A DNA stretch of 64,000 nucleotides from an uncultured Alphaproteobacteria bacterium (GCA_944389525.1 CALXMR010000005.1:362-64361); one strand, 5' to 3'; positions 38,272-50,530 are shown, counted from the first letter of the stretch. The notes: generated by a model not told the origin, from the sequence alone. Made by a program: numbers and translations.

Positions 38272-39954
38272 ATGTTCGCACGTAAATTCTTAAAAAAGAC
38301 AGAGTTTGATAACTATGATGACTATATTCAAAATGGTGCGCCAATTGTCCCCGCGAATTTTAATTTTGCATATGATGTGATTGATGTCTTGGGGCAACAG
38401 GAACCGAACAAGTTGGCGTTGCTGTGGACGGACGATTCAGGCGTTAAAATGGAATTTACTTTTCGCGATTTGTCGCGTATGTCAAATGCCGTGGCAAATT
38501 TCTTGGCATCGCGGGGGCTGCATCGTGGGGATACGGTGTTGCTGTTTATGCGGCGGCGGTGGGAATATTGGATTTTGATGTTGGCCATGCATAAACTGGG
38601 GGTGATTCCAATTCCATCCACCAATCAATTAAAGGCCGAAGATATTGAATATCGCATAGACCAGGCCGCATGTCGTGCCATTGTCGCATTTGACGATGGG
38701 CACATCGTTGATGAAATAAAAAAAGCAATTGGTGAACGCGATGTGCAATTGATTTCTAATATCGAAGTTGCCGAATCGATTGATACTATGCCGGATACAT
38801 TGACGCGTGTGCCAAATGAAAATACTGATACTATGGTGATTTATTTTACCAGTGGCACCACAGATATGCCGAAGATGGTGGCGCATAATTTTGTTTATCC
38901 GTTGGGGCATATAAATACCGCGCTGTTCTGGCAGCGGTTGCATGACGGCGACATTCATTTCACATTGTCTGAATCGGGTTGGGCAAAATGTTCATGGGGC
39001 AAGATGTATGGCCAGTGGCTGGCCGGGGCGGTCGTGTTTGTGTTTGATTTTGCGGGCATTGCAACGGCACATGATTTATTACAGGCAATGGCAGATAATC
39101 ATATTACATCTTTCTGTGCACCACCGACTGTGTATAAAATGCTGATACATGCAGATTTCAGTAAGTATGATTTGTCTGCATTGAAAAAGGCCGATGTCGC
39201 AGGCGAAGCATTGAATCCAGAGGTTTATGAACGCTTTTATAACGCCACAGGGGTAAAATTACACGAAGGATTCGGTCAAACAGAAACATGTATATTGCTG
39301 TTTACGAATCAGTGGATTGAACCAAAACCAGGCAGTATGGGTATGCCGGCCGCGGGTTGGGATATAATGTTGCTGGACGAAGGGGGGCGGCCTGTGCCCA
39401 CTGGCACGGTTGGTGAAATTTGTGTGTCATTAAAAAATGGGCGCCCCGTTGGTCTGTTCCAGGGATATCACAAAAATGAAAAACTGACCGCCAAGGCGTT
39501 TCGTGACGATATCTATCATACGGGTGATGTTGCCTATCGTGATAATGATGGATATTTTTGGTTCGTGGGTCGTAATGATGATCTGATTAAAACATCTGGG
39601 TATCGCGTCAGCCCGTTCGAGGTGGAAAGTGTGCTGTTGGAACATCCGGCCGTACGCGAAGTGGCAGTCACTGGTGTGCCAGATCCAACCCGTGGTATGG
39701 CGGTCAAGGCGACAATTGTTCTGAACAAATATTTCCAGGGTACTGATGTTCTGGTGCGTCAATTACAGGACCATGTGCGTGCGCGGACTGCATCGTATAA
39801 ATATCCGCGTATAATCGAATTCGTGGACAGTTTGCCGATGACTATTTCTGGGAAAATTCGCCGCGCGCTGATACGAACACTGGACAGTGCCAAGGGTACC
39901 ATTATTGAACCGGTCAAGAATGTCATCGGTCTGGGCAAGGACGAAGAAAAATAA
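38272..39954 (+). CDS. AMP-dependent synthetase/ligase (acyl-CoA synthetase family)
   Basis: AMP-binding motif YTSGTTDMPKMV. Adenylate-forming domain architecture. 560 aa. Confidence 0.8.
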   Translation: MFARKFLKKTEFDNYDDYIQNGAPIVPANFNFAYDVIDVLGQQEPNKLALLWTDDSGVKMEFTFRDLSRMSNAVANFLASRGLHRGDTVLLFMRRRWEYWILMLAMHKLGVIPIPSTNQLKAEDIEYRIDQAACRAIVAFDDGHIVDEIKKAIGERDVQLISNIEVAESIDTMPDTLTRVPNENTDTMVIYFTSGTTDMPKMVAHNFVYPLGHINTALFWQRLHDGDIHFTLSESGWAKCSWGKMYGQWLAGAVVFVFDFAGIATAHDLLQAMADNHITSFCAPPTVYKMLIHADFSKYDLSALKKADVAGEALNPEVYERFYNATGVKLHEGFGQTETCILLFTNQWIEPKPGSMGMPAAGWDIMLLDEGGRPVPTGTVGEICVSLKNGRPVGLFQGYHKNEKLTAKAFRDDIYHTGDVAYRDNDGYFWFVGRNDDLIKTSGYRVSPFEVESVLLEHPAVREVAVTGVPDPTRGMAVKATIVLNKYFQGTDVLVRQLQDHVRARTASYKYPRIIEFVDSLPMTISGKIRRALIRTLDSAKGTIIEPVKNVIGLGKDEEK

Positions 39955-39966
39955 AAGTTATATATA

Positions 39967-40013
39967 AACTCGTTACCTGTTTTTATATTGGTGACGAGTT
40001 GCTTTTATTTTTT
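39967..40013 (+). terminator. Rho-independent terminator after the acyl-CoA ligase gene
   Basis: aactcgttacc ... ggtgacgagtt hairpin then gcttttatttttt. Confidence 0.5.
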
Positions 40014-40048
40014 GCAATTATTTTTTTATCTGTAATAATTATCTGGTC

Positions 40049-41065
40049 ATGAGAAAGAGAAAACTGATTCCCAAAAACAAGTATGTGAATGTTGTATGTG
40101 TCGTACTGATTGCGGTGGTGATTGCGCTGGGCTATGTATTCGGGTGGCGGTCTGTGGTGAAGACAGATGTTGTGTTTAATATCGACCGCGGAACCAGTGT
40201 GTCGGCGGTTGCCACAGAATTGGTGGCGCATGATTTAATCGATTCGCCAGATTTGTTTAAATTGGCCGTGCGTGGAAATGGGGGTGCGGTACAATCTGGG
40301 ATGTATGATATCGCGCGCGGAACCAGTCTGTGGCGCATGGCGCGCATGTTTGCACGCGGTGATGTTGCCGCAACAACCGTTGTTATTCCCGAAGGACTGA
40401 CCGTGCAACAGATAAAGCAGTTGTTAATGGAAACGCCAACATTAACCGGCGGGGTTGAATGTGGCGATGATACAGATTTACCGGTTTGTGATTTACATGA
40501 TGGCGAATTATTTCCTGATACATATCGTGTTGCGCGCGGAACATCGCGGCTGGCGTTCTTGGATTTGATGCGGAAAAAAATGATGGATGTGAAAGAAAAT
40601 TGGCAGCGGGCAGGGCGCATCGCACCAAAACCATTACGGGACTGGAACGATGTTGTAACATTGGCATCAATTGTGCAAAAAGAAACCCCGCGCACAGACG
40701 AAATGCCAATTGTCGCCAGTGTGTATTTAAATCGTCTGCGCGATGGAATGCGCTTACAGGCCGATCCGACTGTGGTGTATGCGTTAACTAATGGGTTGGG
40801 CGATATGCAGGGACGGCCGCTGTTGCGTGGACATTTACAAATCGACAGTTCGTATAATACTTATAAAAACTATGGGTTGCCGCCGGGGCCGATTGCAAAT
40901 GTGGGACTGGATGCAATATATGCGGTTTTGCAACCCGCGGATACAAATTATCTGTATTTTGTGGCAGACGGCCAGGGTGGACATCGATTTGCGCGAACAT
41001 ATGACCAGCATATGAAAAATCACGCTGACTGGCGCGCGATAAAAAAACTTAAAGCGCAAGAGTAA
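40049..41065 (+). CDS. mltG: Endolytic murein transglycosylase MltG (YceG family)
   Basis: N-terminal TM. YceG-like domain with conserved YYFVADGQGGHRFARTYDQH. Confidence 0.85.
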   Translation: MRKRKLIPKNKYVNVVCVVLIAVVIALGYVFGWRSVVKTDVVFNIDRGTSVSAVATELVAHDLIDSPDLFKLAVRGNGGAVQSGMYDIARGTSLWRMARMFARGDVAATTVVIPEGLTVQQIKQLLMETPTLTGGVECGDDTDLPVCDLHDGELFPDTYRVARGTSRLAFLDLMRKKMMDVKENWQRAGRIAPKPLRDWNDVVTLASIVQKETPRTDEMPIVASVYLNRLRDGMRLQADPTVVYALTNGLGDMQGRPLLRGHLQIDSSYNTYKNYGLPPGPIANVGLDAIYAVLQPADTNYLYFVADGQGGHRFARTYDQHMKNHADWRAIKKLKAQE

Positions 41066-41130
41066 AAAACCGTAATTTGTTAAATTGTTTAATAATTCTA
41101 TAATTTAATCAATTTTTGTATCGGCATAAT

Positions 41131-41158
41131 AAAACGCCCGATTTCTGGGCGTTTTGTT
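41131..41158 (+). terminator. Rho-independent terminator after mltG (acgcccgatttctgggcgt plus T-run)
   Basis: Hairpin followed by TTTTGTT. Confidence 0.5.
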
Positions 41159-41210
41159 AAACTGTTGTGAAAATATTCCGAATCGCGAACAGGCGCAGCA
41201 TAGCATATTT

Positions 41211-41239
41211 TTGACCAAAATGCAAAAATCTTTTATCTT
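41211..41239 (+). promoter_or_regulatory. Candidate sigma70 promoter (TTGACC, 17 nt spacer, TATCTT) upstream of the OMP gene
   Basis: Hexamer match and spacing. Confidence 0.3.
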
Positions 41240-41323
41240 GCCAGGTGGTTAAAAAGCGCGGTAAAATGTTCCTAGGCTAGGTAGTAAAGAATCTAGTTTT
41301 TAACAAAACCATAAGGATATATT

Positions 41324-41953
41324 ATGAAAAAGATAGTCTTGACATCATTGTTAGCAGTTTTTGCAGCAGCCAGCGCAAGCGCGGCGGATTATTTCGTCGG
41401 TGGCGCGGTCAGCCTGAATTTAAATGATGAACATGCGAATGTTATGGGTATCGCACCAGAAGTTGGCTGGAAATACAACGATAACTGGGATTTTGGTATC
41501 GGTGCCGGCTTTATGTACAATGGTGATTTGACACCGGCAGATATGTCGATGGTTTCGGATAATGTTACGTCGGCTGATTTGGTCGGTACAGACAGATACG
41601 AATATGGCGTTGATCTGTTTGCGCGTTACAAAGTCGCACAGTGGGGCAATTTTAAATTGCTGTTAAAGGGTACTGTTGGCGCAGATTTCGCAACATATTC
41701 ATCTGATATGGATGCGATTGATGGCGAAACGTCAATTGCGCTGGGGGCATCGATTGCACCAATGGTCACATACGATGTATCCGAAGCGTTTACACTGTAT
41801 GCGAATTTGAACTTTATGGGCATCAGCGCGGGTTATACATTTGAAAATGAAGACCTGAAGATTGATGATGGCTGGAATATCGGACTGTTCGGTGATTCTG
41901 CAAATGTGTTGAATACCGGTTCGTTCCAGATTGGTTTCTTGTATAATTTCTAG
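41324..41953 (+). CDS. Outer membrane beta-barrel protein (small porin/OmpW-OmpA-like barrel)
   Basis: Signal peptide ending ASASA. Amphipathic beta strands. C-terminal FLYNF. Confidence 0.6.
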   Translation: MKKIVLTSLLAVFAAASASAADYFVGGAVSLNLNDEHANVMGIAPEVGWKYNDNWDFGIGAGFMYNGDLTPADMSMVSDNVTSADLVGTDRYEYGVDLFARYKVAQWGNFKLLLKGTVGADFATYSSDMDAIDGETSIALGASIAPMVTYDVSEAFTLYANLNFMGISAGYTFENEDLKIDDGWNIGLFGDSANVLNTGSFQIGFLYNF

Positions 41954-41959
41954 TCATGA

Positions 41960-41992
41960 AAAAAATCCCGCCGTGCGGCGGGATTTTTTATA
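41960..41992 (+). terminator. Rho-independent terminator (aatcccgccgtgcggcgggatt plus T-run)
   Basis: Perfect hairpin followed by TTTTTAT. Confidence 0.65.
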
Positions 41993-42129
41993 TGCGCATA
42001 TCAATGTTGTGGTGGCACCAGATAATATTGTTGTACCAATAAAATAATTGTCATTGTGGTAAATTGCTATCTGTCCCGGTTTTTTGGGATTTTCCACCTG
42101 TTTTTTTGATAAAAATTCCCAGTTTTCTC

Positions 42130-42158
42130 TTGACAATGTTGGGGTTCGTGGTTATAGT
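42130..42158 (+). promoter_or_regulatory. Near-consensus sigma70 promoter (TTGACA, 17 nt spacer, TATAGT) for the str operon, with ~150-nt leader before rpsL
   Basis: Both hexamers near consensus with a 17-nt spacer. Confidence 0.5.
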
Positions 42159-42306
42159 ATGTTCGCTTTCCGTGTAAATAAGGAAAGAAAAAACACAGAA
42201 ATCTGCGTATCTTGACAGATTTATAATCGCGACATGGTCGTTGAAATAAGTCTGATAGGCGGGTTTTGTGCGGACAAAATATACAGGAAAAACAAAGAGA
42301 TTTTGA

Positions 42307-42678
42307 ATGCCAACAGTAAACCAACTGATTCGGAAACCACGTAAAAAGGTTGTTGTAAAGTCTACGGCACCGGATATGATGGAGTCTCCGCAAAAGCGCG
42401 GTGTGTGTACGCGTGTGTACACAACTACGCCGAAAAAACCTAACTCTGCCCAGCGTAAGGTGGCGCGTGTTAAACTGGCCAATGGTCGTGAAGTTACGGC
42501 ATATATCCCAGGCGAAGGGCACAATCTGCAAGAACACAGCGTTGTTATGATTCGTGGCGGCCGTGTAAAGGACTTGCCTGGTGTGAAATATCATATCATT
42601 CGTGGCGTTCTGGATACCAAGGGTGTCGACAGCAGAAAACAAGGCCGTTCCCTGTACGGGGCCAAGGCGGCAAAATAA
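42307..42678 (+). CDS. rpsL: 30S ribosomal protein S12
   Basis: [14 protein letters not shown]... Highly conserved. Confidence 0.95.
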   Translation: MPTVNQLIRKPRKKVVVKSTAPDMMESPQKRGVCTRVYTTTPKKPNSAQRKVARVKLANGREVTAYIPGEGHNLQEHSVVMIRGGRVKDLPGVKYHIIRGVLDTKGVDSRKQGRSLYGAKAAK

Positions 42679-42748
42679 TAATTACACGCGGGTGTGTCCG
42701 TGTGAGTAATTCGGCAATGCTGGATGAAGTAACAAAAGGAAATATAAA

Positions 42749-43222
42749 ATGTCAAGACGCAAAAGTGCAGCTAAACGCGAAATTCTGCCAGATTCAAAGT
42801 ATAATAATCTGGTCGTTGCAAAATGTATTAATGTTGTTATGTGGGACGGCAAGAAAGAAGTTGCCGAAGGTATTGTTTATGGTGCGTTGGATGCGCTGAA
42901 AAAAATTGCCAAAGACGGTGATGAATTGGCGGCTTTCCTGGAAGCGGTCGATGCGTTAAAACCATCGGTCGAGGTCAAGGGTCGCCGTGTTGGTGGTGCA
43001 ACATACCAGGTCCCGGTCGAAGTTAGACCAGCGCGCCAGCAGACATTGGCGTTGCGTTGGTTGGTTGGCTATGCGCGTAAACGCGGTGAACGGTCAATGA
43101 AAGACAGACTGTTTGGTGAACTGCGCGATGCACTGAATGGCCAGGGCGGCGCATTTAAAAAGAAAATTGATACCCACAAGATGGCAGAAGCCAACAAGGC
43201 ATTTGCGCATTTCCGTTGGTAA
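42749..43222 (+). CDS. rpsG: 30S ribosomal protein S7
   Basis: Conserved S7 sequence, 157 aa. Confidence 0.95.
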   Translation: MSRRKSAAKREILPDSKYNNLVVAKCINVVMWDGKKEVAEGIVYGALDALKKIAKDGDELAAFLEAVDALKPSVEVKGRRVGGATYQVPVEVRPARQQTLALRWLVGYARKRGERSMKDRLFGELRDALNGQGGAFKKKIDTHKMAEANKAFAHFRW

Positions 43223-43276
43223 TATAAAAATTGGGCAAGTAAACGAGATAAATAACACAACAGGGAAAGGAATAAC

Positions 43277-45358
43277 ATGTCAGTTGGAAAAACCGCACCT
43301 TTGCATATGTACCGCAATATTGGTATTATGGCCCATATTGACGCGGGTAAGACAACCACATCAGAACGCATTTTGTTCTATACCGGTAAAACATATAAAA
43401 TCGGTGAAGTGCATGATGGTGGCGCGACCATGGACTGGATGGAACAGGAACAAGAACGTGGAATTACGATTACATCCGCGGCGACAACATGTTTCTGGCG
43501 CGATCATCGTATTAACCTGATTGATACACCGGGACACGTGGACTTTACAATGGAAGTGGAACGTTCGTTGCGCGTGTTGGACGGCGCGGTTGCCGTGTTC
43601 GAATCGGTGTCCGGGGTGCAGCCACAGACAGAAACAGTGTGGCGCCAGGCTGATCGTTATAATGTGCCGCGTATCTGTTTTGTGAACAAGATGGATCGTA
43701 TTGGTGGAAACTTTTTCCGCTGTGTTGATATGATACGCGAACGGTTGGGTGCAAATCCGTTGGTGGTGAATTTTCCAATTGGTTCTGAATCTGATTTCCG
43801 CGGGGTTGTTGATGTTGTCGAAATGCGCGGTATTGTTTGGGAAGATGACTTGGGCAAGGATCCGCAAATTGTTGACATCCCAGACGATTTAAAAGAAAAA
43901 GCAGAAGAACTGCATAACAAATTAATCGAAGAAGTTGTAACGCTGGATGATGATATTATGGAAGCCTATATGGAAGGCAAAGTACCAGATGTTGCAACAA
44001 TTAAAAAATTAATTCGCAAGGGCACAATTGCACAGAACTTTAACCCAGTGTTGTGCGGTACAGCGTTCAAGAACAAGGGTGTTCAACCGCTGTTGGATGC
44101 GATTGTTGATTATCTGCCAAGCCCACTGGATATTCCGGCGATCAAGGGGACGGCAATGGATAAAACAACTGTTATTGAACGGCATGCCGATCCAAAAGAA
44201 CCGTTCAGTGCGCTGGCGTTCAAGGTTGCAAACGATCCATTTGTTGGTAACTTGATGTTTATTCGTATCTATTCAGGTAAATTGACGGCGGGTTCATATA
44301 TTTATAACTCTAACCGTGATAAACGCGAACGCGTGGGACGCATGCTGCTGATGCATTCTAATCAACGCGAAGAAATCAAAGAAGCATCGGCCGGTGATAT
44401 TATCACATTGGTTGGTATGAAAGAAACAATTACTGGTGATACACTGTGTGATGAATCTAATCCGATTATTTTGGAAAACATCCATGTTCCAGAACCGGTT
44501 ATGAGCATCGCGGTCGAACCAAAAACCAAGGCGGATATCGAAAAGATGTCACTGGGGTTACAGGCGTTGGCCAAGGAAGATCCGTCATTCCGCGTGTCTG
44601 TGGACGAAGAATCTGGCCAGACTATTTTGGCGGGTGTTGGTGAATTGCATTTGGAAATCTTGGTGGATCGCTTGCTGCGTGAATTCAAGGTTGATGTTAA
44701 TGTTGGTGAACCGCGCATCGCGTATCGTGAAACATTCCGCAAGGCTGTGACCGAAGAATATACGCATAAGAAACAGTCTGGTGGTTCGGGTCAATACGCC
44801 CAGGTAAAGATTGTGTTTGAACCGCTGGAACCAGGTGCGGGTTACGAATTCGAAAACAAGATTGTCGGTGGGGCAATTCCAAAAGAATACATCCCCGGCG
44901 TTGAAAAGGGTTTGAAGATAGCGCAACAGACAGGTGTTCTGATTGGCTATCCTACGGTGGATTTCAAAGCGACATTGATTGACGGTAAGTATCACGAAGT
45001 TGACTCTAATGTTTTGTGCTTTGAAATTGCGGCGCGTGCCTGCTTCCGCGAGGCAATGAAAAAGGCATCGCCGAAATTGTTGGAACCGATTATGAAACTG
45101 TCGGTAACTACGCCAGAAGAATATGTCGGTGACATCATTGGGGACCTGAACAGCCGCCGTGGACAAATCAATGGTATCGAAACACAATTCGGTAACCAGA
45201 TGATTTCGGCATTCGTTCCATTGGCAAATCTGTTCGGATATGTCAAAACACTGCGTTCTTTGTCCCAGGGTCGTGCCAATCCGTATATGGAATTGTCACA
45301 CTATGACGAAGTGCCGCAGAATGTCGCAGATGAAGTTATAAAGAAGCTGACAAAATAA
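43277..45358 (+). CDS. fusA: Elongation factor G
   Basis: [16 protein letters not shown]-domain. 693 aa. Confidence 0.95.
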   Translation: MSVGKTAPLHMYRNIGIMAHIDAGKTTTSERILFYTGKTYKIGEVHDGGATMDWMEQEQERGITITSAATTCFWRDHRINLIDTPGHVDFTMEVERSLRVLDGAVAVFESVSGVQPQTETVWRQADRYNVPRICFVNKMDRIGGNFFRCVDMIRERLGANPLVVNFPIGSESDFRGVVDVVEMRGIVWEDDLGKDPQIVDIPDDLKEKAEELHNKLIEEVVTLDDDIMEAYMEGKVPDVATIKKLIRKGTIAQNFNPVLCGTAFKNKGVQPLLDAIVDYLPSPLDIPAIKGTAMDKTTVIERHADPKEPFSALAFKVANDPFVGNLMFIRIYSGKLTAGSYIYNSNRDKRERVGRMLLMHSNQREEIKEASAGDIITLVGMKETITGDTLCDESNPIILENIHVPEPVMSIAVEPKTKADIEKMSLGLQALAKEDPSFRVSVDEESGQTILAGVGELHLEILVDRLLREFKVDVNVGEPRIAYRETFRKAVTEEYTHKKQSGGSGQYAQVKIVFEPLEPGAGYEFENKIVGGAIPKEYIPGVEKGLKIAQQTGVLIGYPTVDFKATLIDGKYHEVDSNVLCFEIAARACFREAMKKASPKLLEPIMKLSVTTPEEYVGDIIGDLNSRRGQINGIETQFGNQMISAFVPLANLFGYVKTLRSLSQGRANPYMELSHYDEVPQNVADEVIKKLTK

Positions 45359-45479
45359 AAAAAAGATAAAAAAAGATTGTGATTTTTGATTTCTGGTTTA
45401 TGATTTGGTAGAAATCCAATGAATCGGATGTCAGATTTCAGAATCAGTTTAACAACAAGCCAAGCCTAAGGAGAAAACT

Positions 45480-46667
45480 ATGGCAAAAGAAAAGTATGTA
45501 AGAACCAAGCCGCATGTTAATATCGGTACAATTGGTCACGTTGACCACGGTAAAACAACATTGACGGCCGCGATCGTTCACTACTATGGTGTTGGTGCAG
45601 ACCAGTCCAAGGGTGTCGATCAAATCGATAATGCACCAGAAGAACGTGCACGTGGTATTACAATTAATACTGCACACGTTGAATACGAAACGGAAAATCG
45701 TCATTATGCACACGTTGACTGCCCAGGGCACGCGGACTATGTTAAAAACATGATTACCGGTGCGGCACAGATGGACGGTGCTATCTTGGTTGTGGCCGCC
45801 ACAGACGGTCCGATGCCACAGACACGTGAACACATTCTGTTGGCACGCCAGGTGGGTATTCCAAAAATCGTTGTTTATCTGAACAAGTGCGATTTGGCAA
45901 ATGATCCAGAATTGTTGGAATTGGTCGAAATGGAAATTCGCGAACTGTTGTCGGCGAATGATTTCGATGGTGAAAATGTGCCAATTATTCGTGGTTCTGC
46001 GGTTTCTGCACTGGAAGGCAAAAATGATGGTTTGGGCAAAGAATCAATTGATGCGTTGTTAAAGGCATGCGATGAATATATCCCATTGCCAGAACGTCCA
46101 GTTGACAAACCGTTCTTGATGCCAATCGAAGACGTGTTCTCTATCACTGGTCGTGGTACAGTGGTTACCGGCCGTATCGAAGCAGGTACTGTAAAGGTTG
46201 GTGACGAATGCGAAATCGTTGGTCTGCGTCCGACACAGAAAACAACAGTTACCGGTGTTGAAATGTTCCGCAAACTGCTGGATCAGGGTGAAGCCGGTGA
46301 TAACGTAGGTTTGCTGTTGCGTGGTACAAAGAAAGAAGATGTAGAACGTGGTCAGATTATCTGCAAACCGGGTTCTATTACACCACACACAGAATTCGAA
46401 GCTGAAGTATATATCTTGACGAAAGAAGAAGGCGGACGCCATACAGCGTTCTTTAGCAACTATCGTCCACAGTTCTATTTCAGCACAACAGACGTAACAG
46501 GTACAATTACACTGCCGGCTGATAAAGAAATGGTTCTGCCGGGTGATAATGTCCGTATCACAGTGCAACTGATTGCACCAATTGCTATGGACGAAGGCCG
46601 CCGCTTTGCTATCCGTGAAGGTGGACGCACAGTTGGCGCAGGCGTTGTATCAAAAATCATTAAATAA
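45480..46667 (+). CDS. tuf: Elongation factor Tu
   Basis: [14 protein letters not shown], alphaproteobacterial AHVEYET signature. 395 aa. Confidence 0.95.
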   Translation: MAKEKYVRTKPHVNIGTIGHVDHGKTTLTAAIVHYYGVGADQSKGVDQIDNAPEERARGITINTAHVEYETENRHYAHVDCPGHADYVKNMITGAAQMDGAILVVAATDGPMPQTREHILLARQVGIPKIVVYLNKCDLANDPELLELVEMEIRELLSANDFDGENVPIIRGSAVSALEGKNDGLGKESIDALLKACDEYIPLPERPVDKPFLMPIEDVFSITGRGTVVTGRIEAGTVKVGDECEIVGLRPTQKTTVTGVEMFRKLLDQGEAGDNVGLLLRGTKKEDVERGQIICKPGSITPHTEFEAEVYILTKEEGGRHTAFFSNYRPQFYFSTTDVTGTITLPADKEMVLPGDNVRITVQLIAPIAMDEGRRFAIREGGRTVGAGVVSKIIK

Positions 46668-46752
46668 GTAAAAACAGTCGCGGGTCGGTGTATCTGGATA
46701 AAAAACGCCAGAGATTACCGACCCGGAATAACGAGATAAGGAAAACGAACAA

Positions 46753-47064
46753 ATGGTACCAGCATCTAAAATTCGCATTAAATTGACGGCATTTGACCAC
46801 AGGGTGTTAATGGAATCTGTGGATGAGATTGTCAAAACTGCAAAGCGCACAGGCGCAGATGTAGTTGGACCCGTTCGCTTGCCGACATTGATTAAAAAAT
46901 TTACAGTCAACCGTTCACCACACGTTGATAAAAAATCACGCGAACAATTCGAAATCCGCAATCACAAGGCGGTCGTCGATATTGTTAATCCAACCCCTCA
47001 GACCGTTGATGCGTTGATGAAGTTGGATTTGGCATCTGGGGTTGATGTAAAGATTAAGTTGTAA
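46753..47064 (+). CDS. rpsJ: 30S ribosomal protein S10
   Basis: [17 protein letters not shown]... Confidence 0.9.
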   Translation: MVPASKIRIKLTAFDHRVLMESVDEIVKTAKRTGADVVGPVRLPTLIKKFTVNRSPHVDKKSREQFEIRNHKAVVDIVNPTPQTVDALMKLDLASGVDVKIKL

Positions 47065-47145
47065 AGGTAAATAAATGTTTGTGTTGGATGTCAAACAATG
47101 GTGTGTACAGCATCCAACCTACTGACAGAAGAAAAGGCAAATAAA

Positions 47146-47868
47146 ATGAAACGTAGCGGATTAATAACAACAAAAATAGGTATGACACGTTTATATGACG
47201 ATGGCGGTGTGGCGCATCCTGTGACGGTGCTGTCGGTTGGTGATTGCACAGTTATCGGCAATCGCACAATGGATAAAAATGGATATGTCGCAAATATTTT
47301 AGGTATGCGCGAAGCCAAGGCAAAGCATGTCGCAAAACCACAGGCGGTGGCCGCAGAAAAAGCAGGGGTCAAACCATATCGCAAGGTTGTTGAATTCCGC
47401 GTGTCTGATGATTGTATTATCCCAGCAGGTACACAATTGTCGGCCGCGCATTTTATTGCCGGTCAATTTGTCGATGTCCAGGCAACCAGCAAGGGTAAAG
47501 GTTTCCAGGGTGCGATGAAACGCCATAACTTTGGCGGTAAGGAAGCATCGCACGGTGTTTTAAAGGCGCATCGTTCCATTGGTGGTACAGGTATGCGTGA
47601 ATGGCCAGGTCGCGTTCTGAAAGGTAAAAAAATGGCCGGCCAGATGGGTAATGAAACTGTTACTGTCCAGAACTTGAAAGTGTTCGGTGTGGACGAAGCA
47701 GAAAACTTGATTTTTGTAGAAGGCGCCGTTCCTGGTGCAAATGGCACATTCGTTCTGGTTGCAGATGCAATTAAAAAAGAACATGCTGATTTGCCAGTAC
47801 CAACAAAAATGGCAACCCCAGCAGAAGATGCCCCGGCGCAACCCGAAACAGAAACTGTTGCGGAATAA
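47146..47868 (+). CDS. rplC: 50S ribosomal protein L3
   Basis: Start MKRSGLITTKIGMTRLY (ATG 47146). C-terminal extension. Confidence 0.9.
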   Translation: MKRSGLITTKIGMTRLYDDGGVAHPVTVLSVGDCTVIGNRTMDKNGYVANILGMREAKAKHVAKPQAVAAEKAGVKPYRKVVEFRVSDDCIIPAGTQLSAAHFIAGQFVDVQATSKGKGFQGAMKRHNFGGKEASHGVLKAHRSIGGTGMREWPGRVLKGKKMAGQMGNETVTVQNLKVFGVDEAENLIFVEGAVPGANGTFVLVADAIKKEHADLPVPTKMATPAEDAPAQPETETVAE

Positions 47869-47889
47869 TGATGGCAACAGAACAGCAAG

Positions 47890-48519
47890 GTGGATAAAAT
47901 GCAAGTAGATGTTATAAATTTTGATGGAAAATCGGTCGGTAAAATTGAATTGGCAGACCAGATATTCGGGATCGATGCGCGCGCAGATATTCTGCATCGT
48001 GTCGTCACATGGCAACGGGCAAAATCACGTGCCGGTACACATGCCGTAAAAACTGTTTCTGATGTCGCAGGCAGCGGTAAAAAGGCATTTAAGCAAAAGA
48101 AAACAGGTAATGCGCGTCAGGGTGAACGCTATAATGTTCATATGCGTGGCGGTGGTGTTGTGCATGGGCCAGTCGTTCGTGACCACAGCATTGATTTGCC
48201 AAAGAAAATCCGCAGTTTGGGCCTGAAAATGGCACTGTCGTCCAAGGTCAAAGATGGCAATCTGGTCGTGATTGATTCTGAAAAATTGGCCAGTGTTAAA
48301 ACAGCGGCGTTGGCGAAACAGTTGAAAAAACTGGATATCAAGTCTGCATTGTTTGTTGGCGCGGATGCGTTGGATGAAAATTTCCGGAAATCTGCGGCCA
48401 ATATTGCAAATATTGATGCATTGCCAACGGTTGGTCTGAATGTTTTGGATATTCTGAAACATGACAAGTTGGTTCTGACGGCAGACGCAGTCAAGGCGGT
48501 AGAGGCGCGTTTGGCATAA
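47890..48519 (+). CDS. rplD: 50S ribosomal protein L4
   Basis: Conserved L4 core (KKAFKQKKTGNARQG). Confidence 0.9.
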   Translation: MDKMQVDVINFDGKSVGKIELADQIFGIDARADILHRVVTWQRAKSRAGTHAVKTVSDVAGSGKKAFKQKKTGNARQGERYNVHMRGGGVVHGPVVRDHSIDLPKKIRSLGLKMALSSKVKDGNLVVIDSEKLASVKTAALAKQLKKLDIKSALFVGADALDENFRKSAANIANIDALPTVGLNVLDILKHDKLVLTADAVKAVEARLA

Positions 48520-48557
48520 TTATTAATGCACGCGTATGACGAAAAAGGTGGAATAAA

Positions 48558-48890
48558 ATGGCAGAAAAGAAAGTGACATCAGAGAAAAAAATCGTGCGAA
48601 CCGCTGGGGTTTATGATATACTGCGGCGCCCGATAATCTCGGAAAAGGCGGCAAAACTGTCTGAAAGCAACGGTGTTGCATTCGAAGTTGCGGCAAACGC
48701 AACCAAAGAGGATGTTGCACGCGCAATCCAGGCAATTTACAATGTAAAGCCAACCAAGGTAAACATTGTTGTCGTCAAAGGAAAAGTAAAAACTTTCCGT
48801 GGACGCGGCACAGGTACACAACGCACCGTGAAAAAGGCATATATCTCTTTGCCGGCGGATGCCAAGTTGGACCTGGCGGCGAATGTATAG
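48558..48890 (+). CDS. rplW: 50S ribosomal protein L23
   Basis: ILRRPIISEKA motif. Confidence 0.9.
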   Translation: MAEKKVTSEKKIVRTAGVYDILRRPIISEKAAKLSESNGVAFEVAANATKEDVARAIQAIYNVKPTKVNIVVVKGKVKTFRGRGTGTQRTVKKAYISLPADAKLDLAANV

Positions 48891-48967
48891 TTAAACATAG
48901 CCCATGGCAGAGAACCCAGAATAAATGGATGCTAGTGTCGTGGGATAAATAAAAAAGGTAAGAAAAA

Positions 48968-49801
48968 ATGGCATTAAAGCATTACAAGCCGACAACAGCG
49001 GGAACGCGCGGTCTGACATTGGTCGATCGCAGCGAATTGCACCGCGGCGCACCAGAAAAGTCGCTGACAGTCGGTTTAAAGTCCAAGGGTGGACGCAATA
49101 ATTTTGGTCATGTCACCGTGATGCACCAGGGTGGTGGTCATAAACGCAAATATCGTCTGATTGATTTTGCGCGCAAGAAAAAAGGTGTGCCGGCAACGGT
49201 TGTTCGTTTGGAATATGACCCAAATCGTACGGCATTTATCGCACTGATCGAATATACAGATGGTGCGCGTTCGTACATATTGGCACCACGTGATTTAAAG
49301 GTTGGTGATGTCGTTATTTCTGGCGAACGTGAAGATATCAAGCCAGGTAATGCGATGCCATTGAAAAATATGCCAATCGGTACAATTGTGCACAATGTTG
49401 AATTAAAACCAGGTGCCGGTGGTCAGTTGGCGCGCAGTGCAGGGTGCTATGCCCAGTTGATGGGTAAAGACGGTGTATATGCCCAGATAAAAATGAACAG
49501 TGGCGAACTGCGCAAGGTTCATTCTGACTGTATCGCAACAGTTGGCAGTGTTTCTAATCCGGATCAACGCAATGTTAGCCTGGGCAAGGCGGGACGTGCG
49601 CGTTGGTTGGGTATTCGTCCATCTGTCCGTGGTATGGCAATGAATCCGGTCGATCATCCGATGGGTGGTGGTAATGGTCATTCCAAAGGACATGAACCAG
49701 TATCGCGTACAGGTATCCCGGCCAAGGGCTATCGCACACGCAGCAATAAACGCACTGCAAAGATGATTATCCGCAGCAGACATTTGGCAAAGAAAAAATA
49801 A
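48968..49801 (+). CDS. rplB: 50S ribosomal protein L2
   Basis: 277 aa. Conserved L2 motifs. Confidence 0.95.
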   Translation: MALKHYKPTTAGTRGLTLVDRSELHRGAPEKSLTVGLKSKGGRNNFGHVTVMHQGGGHKRKYRLIDFARKKKGVPATVVRLEYDPNRTAFIALIEYTDGARSYILAPRDLKVGDVVISGEREDIKPGNAMPLKNMPIGTIVHNVELKPGAGGQLARSAGCYAQLMGKDGVYAQIKMNSGELRKVHSDCIATVGSVSNPDQRNVSLGKAGRARWLGIRPSVRGMAMNPVDHPMGGGNGHSKGHEPVSRTGIPAKGYRTRSNKRTAKMIIRSRHLAKKK

Positions 49802-49816
49802 AAAACGGAGTGATTG

Positions 49817-50092
49817 ATGTCTCGTTCAGTATGGAAAGGTCCTTATGTTCATCCGTCTATCTTGAAAAAGATTGCGGTGGCGAACGAAAAAAATGACCAC
49901 AAGCCGATTAAAACCTGGTCGCGCGGCAGCACCATTGTTCCGCCGATGGTTGGATTGACTTTTGAAGTTCACAATGGTAACAAATTTATCCCAGTTTTGA
50001 TTGTCGAAGATATGATTGGGCATAAGTTGGGTGAATTTGCGCCGACACGCACCTTTAAGGGACATGCGGCGAATAAAAAAGCAGCGAAATAA
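49817..50092 (+). CDS. rpsS: 30S ribosomal protein S19
   Basis: [11 protein letters not shown] start (ATG 49817). Confidence 0.9.
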   Translation: MSRSVWKGPYVHPSILKKIAVANEKNDHKPIKTWSRGSTIVPPMVGLTFEVHNGNKFIPVLIVEDMIGHKLGEFAPTRTFKGHAANKKAAK

Positions 50093-50113
50093 TAAAAGAT
50101 AAGGTAAACAGTT

Positions 50114-50530
50114 ATGGCAACGACAAGATATGGAATCAAAGACAATCAGGTTCGCGCGTTCAATAAAATGATACGCGTCAGCCACCAGAAATTGAATCTG
50201 GTTTGCGATATGGTACGCGGTTTGCCGGTCGCGCGGGCGATTGATGTCTTGAAATTTTCAAAAAAGCGTGTCGCAGGCGAAGTTTTAAAAACTTTGATGT
50301 CTGCGGTGGCAAATGCGGAACATAACAAAAACTTGCCCGCGGACAGTTTGTTCGTCAAAGAAATTTGGTGTGGCAAGGCATTGACAATGAAACGCATTAT
50401 GCCGGGACCACGTGGCAGCGCGCGTCCGATTTTGAAACCGTTTTCTAATTTGACAATCGTTTTGGAATCGGGTGTGGCACCAACAAAAAAAGTGGCAAAA
50501 AAAACCACAACAAAGGAAAAAACAAAATAA
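50114..50530 (+). CDS. rplV: 50S ribosomal protein L22
   Basis: Conserved L22 core with K-rich C-terminal tail. Confidence 0.9.
   Translation: MATTRYGIKDNQVRAFNKMIRVSHQKLNLVCDMVRGLPVARAIDVLKFSKKRVAGEVLKTLMSAVANAEHNKNLPADSLFVKEIWCGKALTMKRIMPGPRGSARPILKPFSNLTIVLESGVAPTKKVAKKTTTKEKTK

Noticed and set aside
46668-46752. Hairpin cgggtcggt...accgacccg between tuf and rpsJ as a terminator
   Set aside because: No T-run follows. More likely an attenuator or processing stem. Not reported as a terminator.
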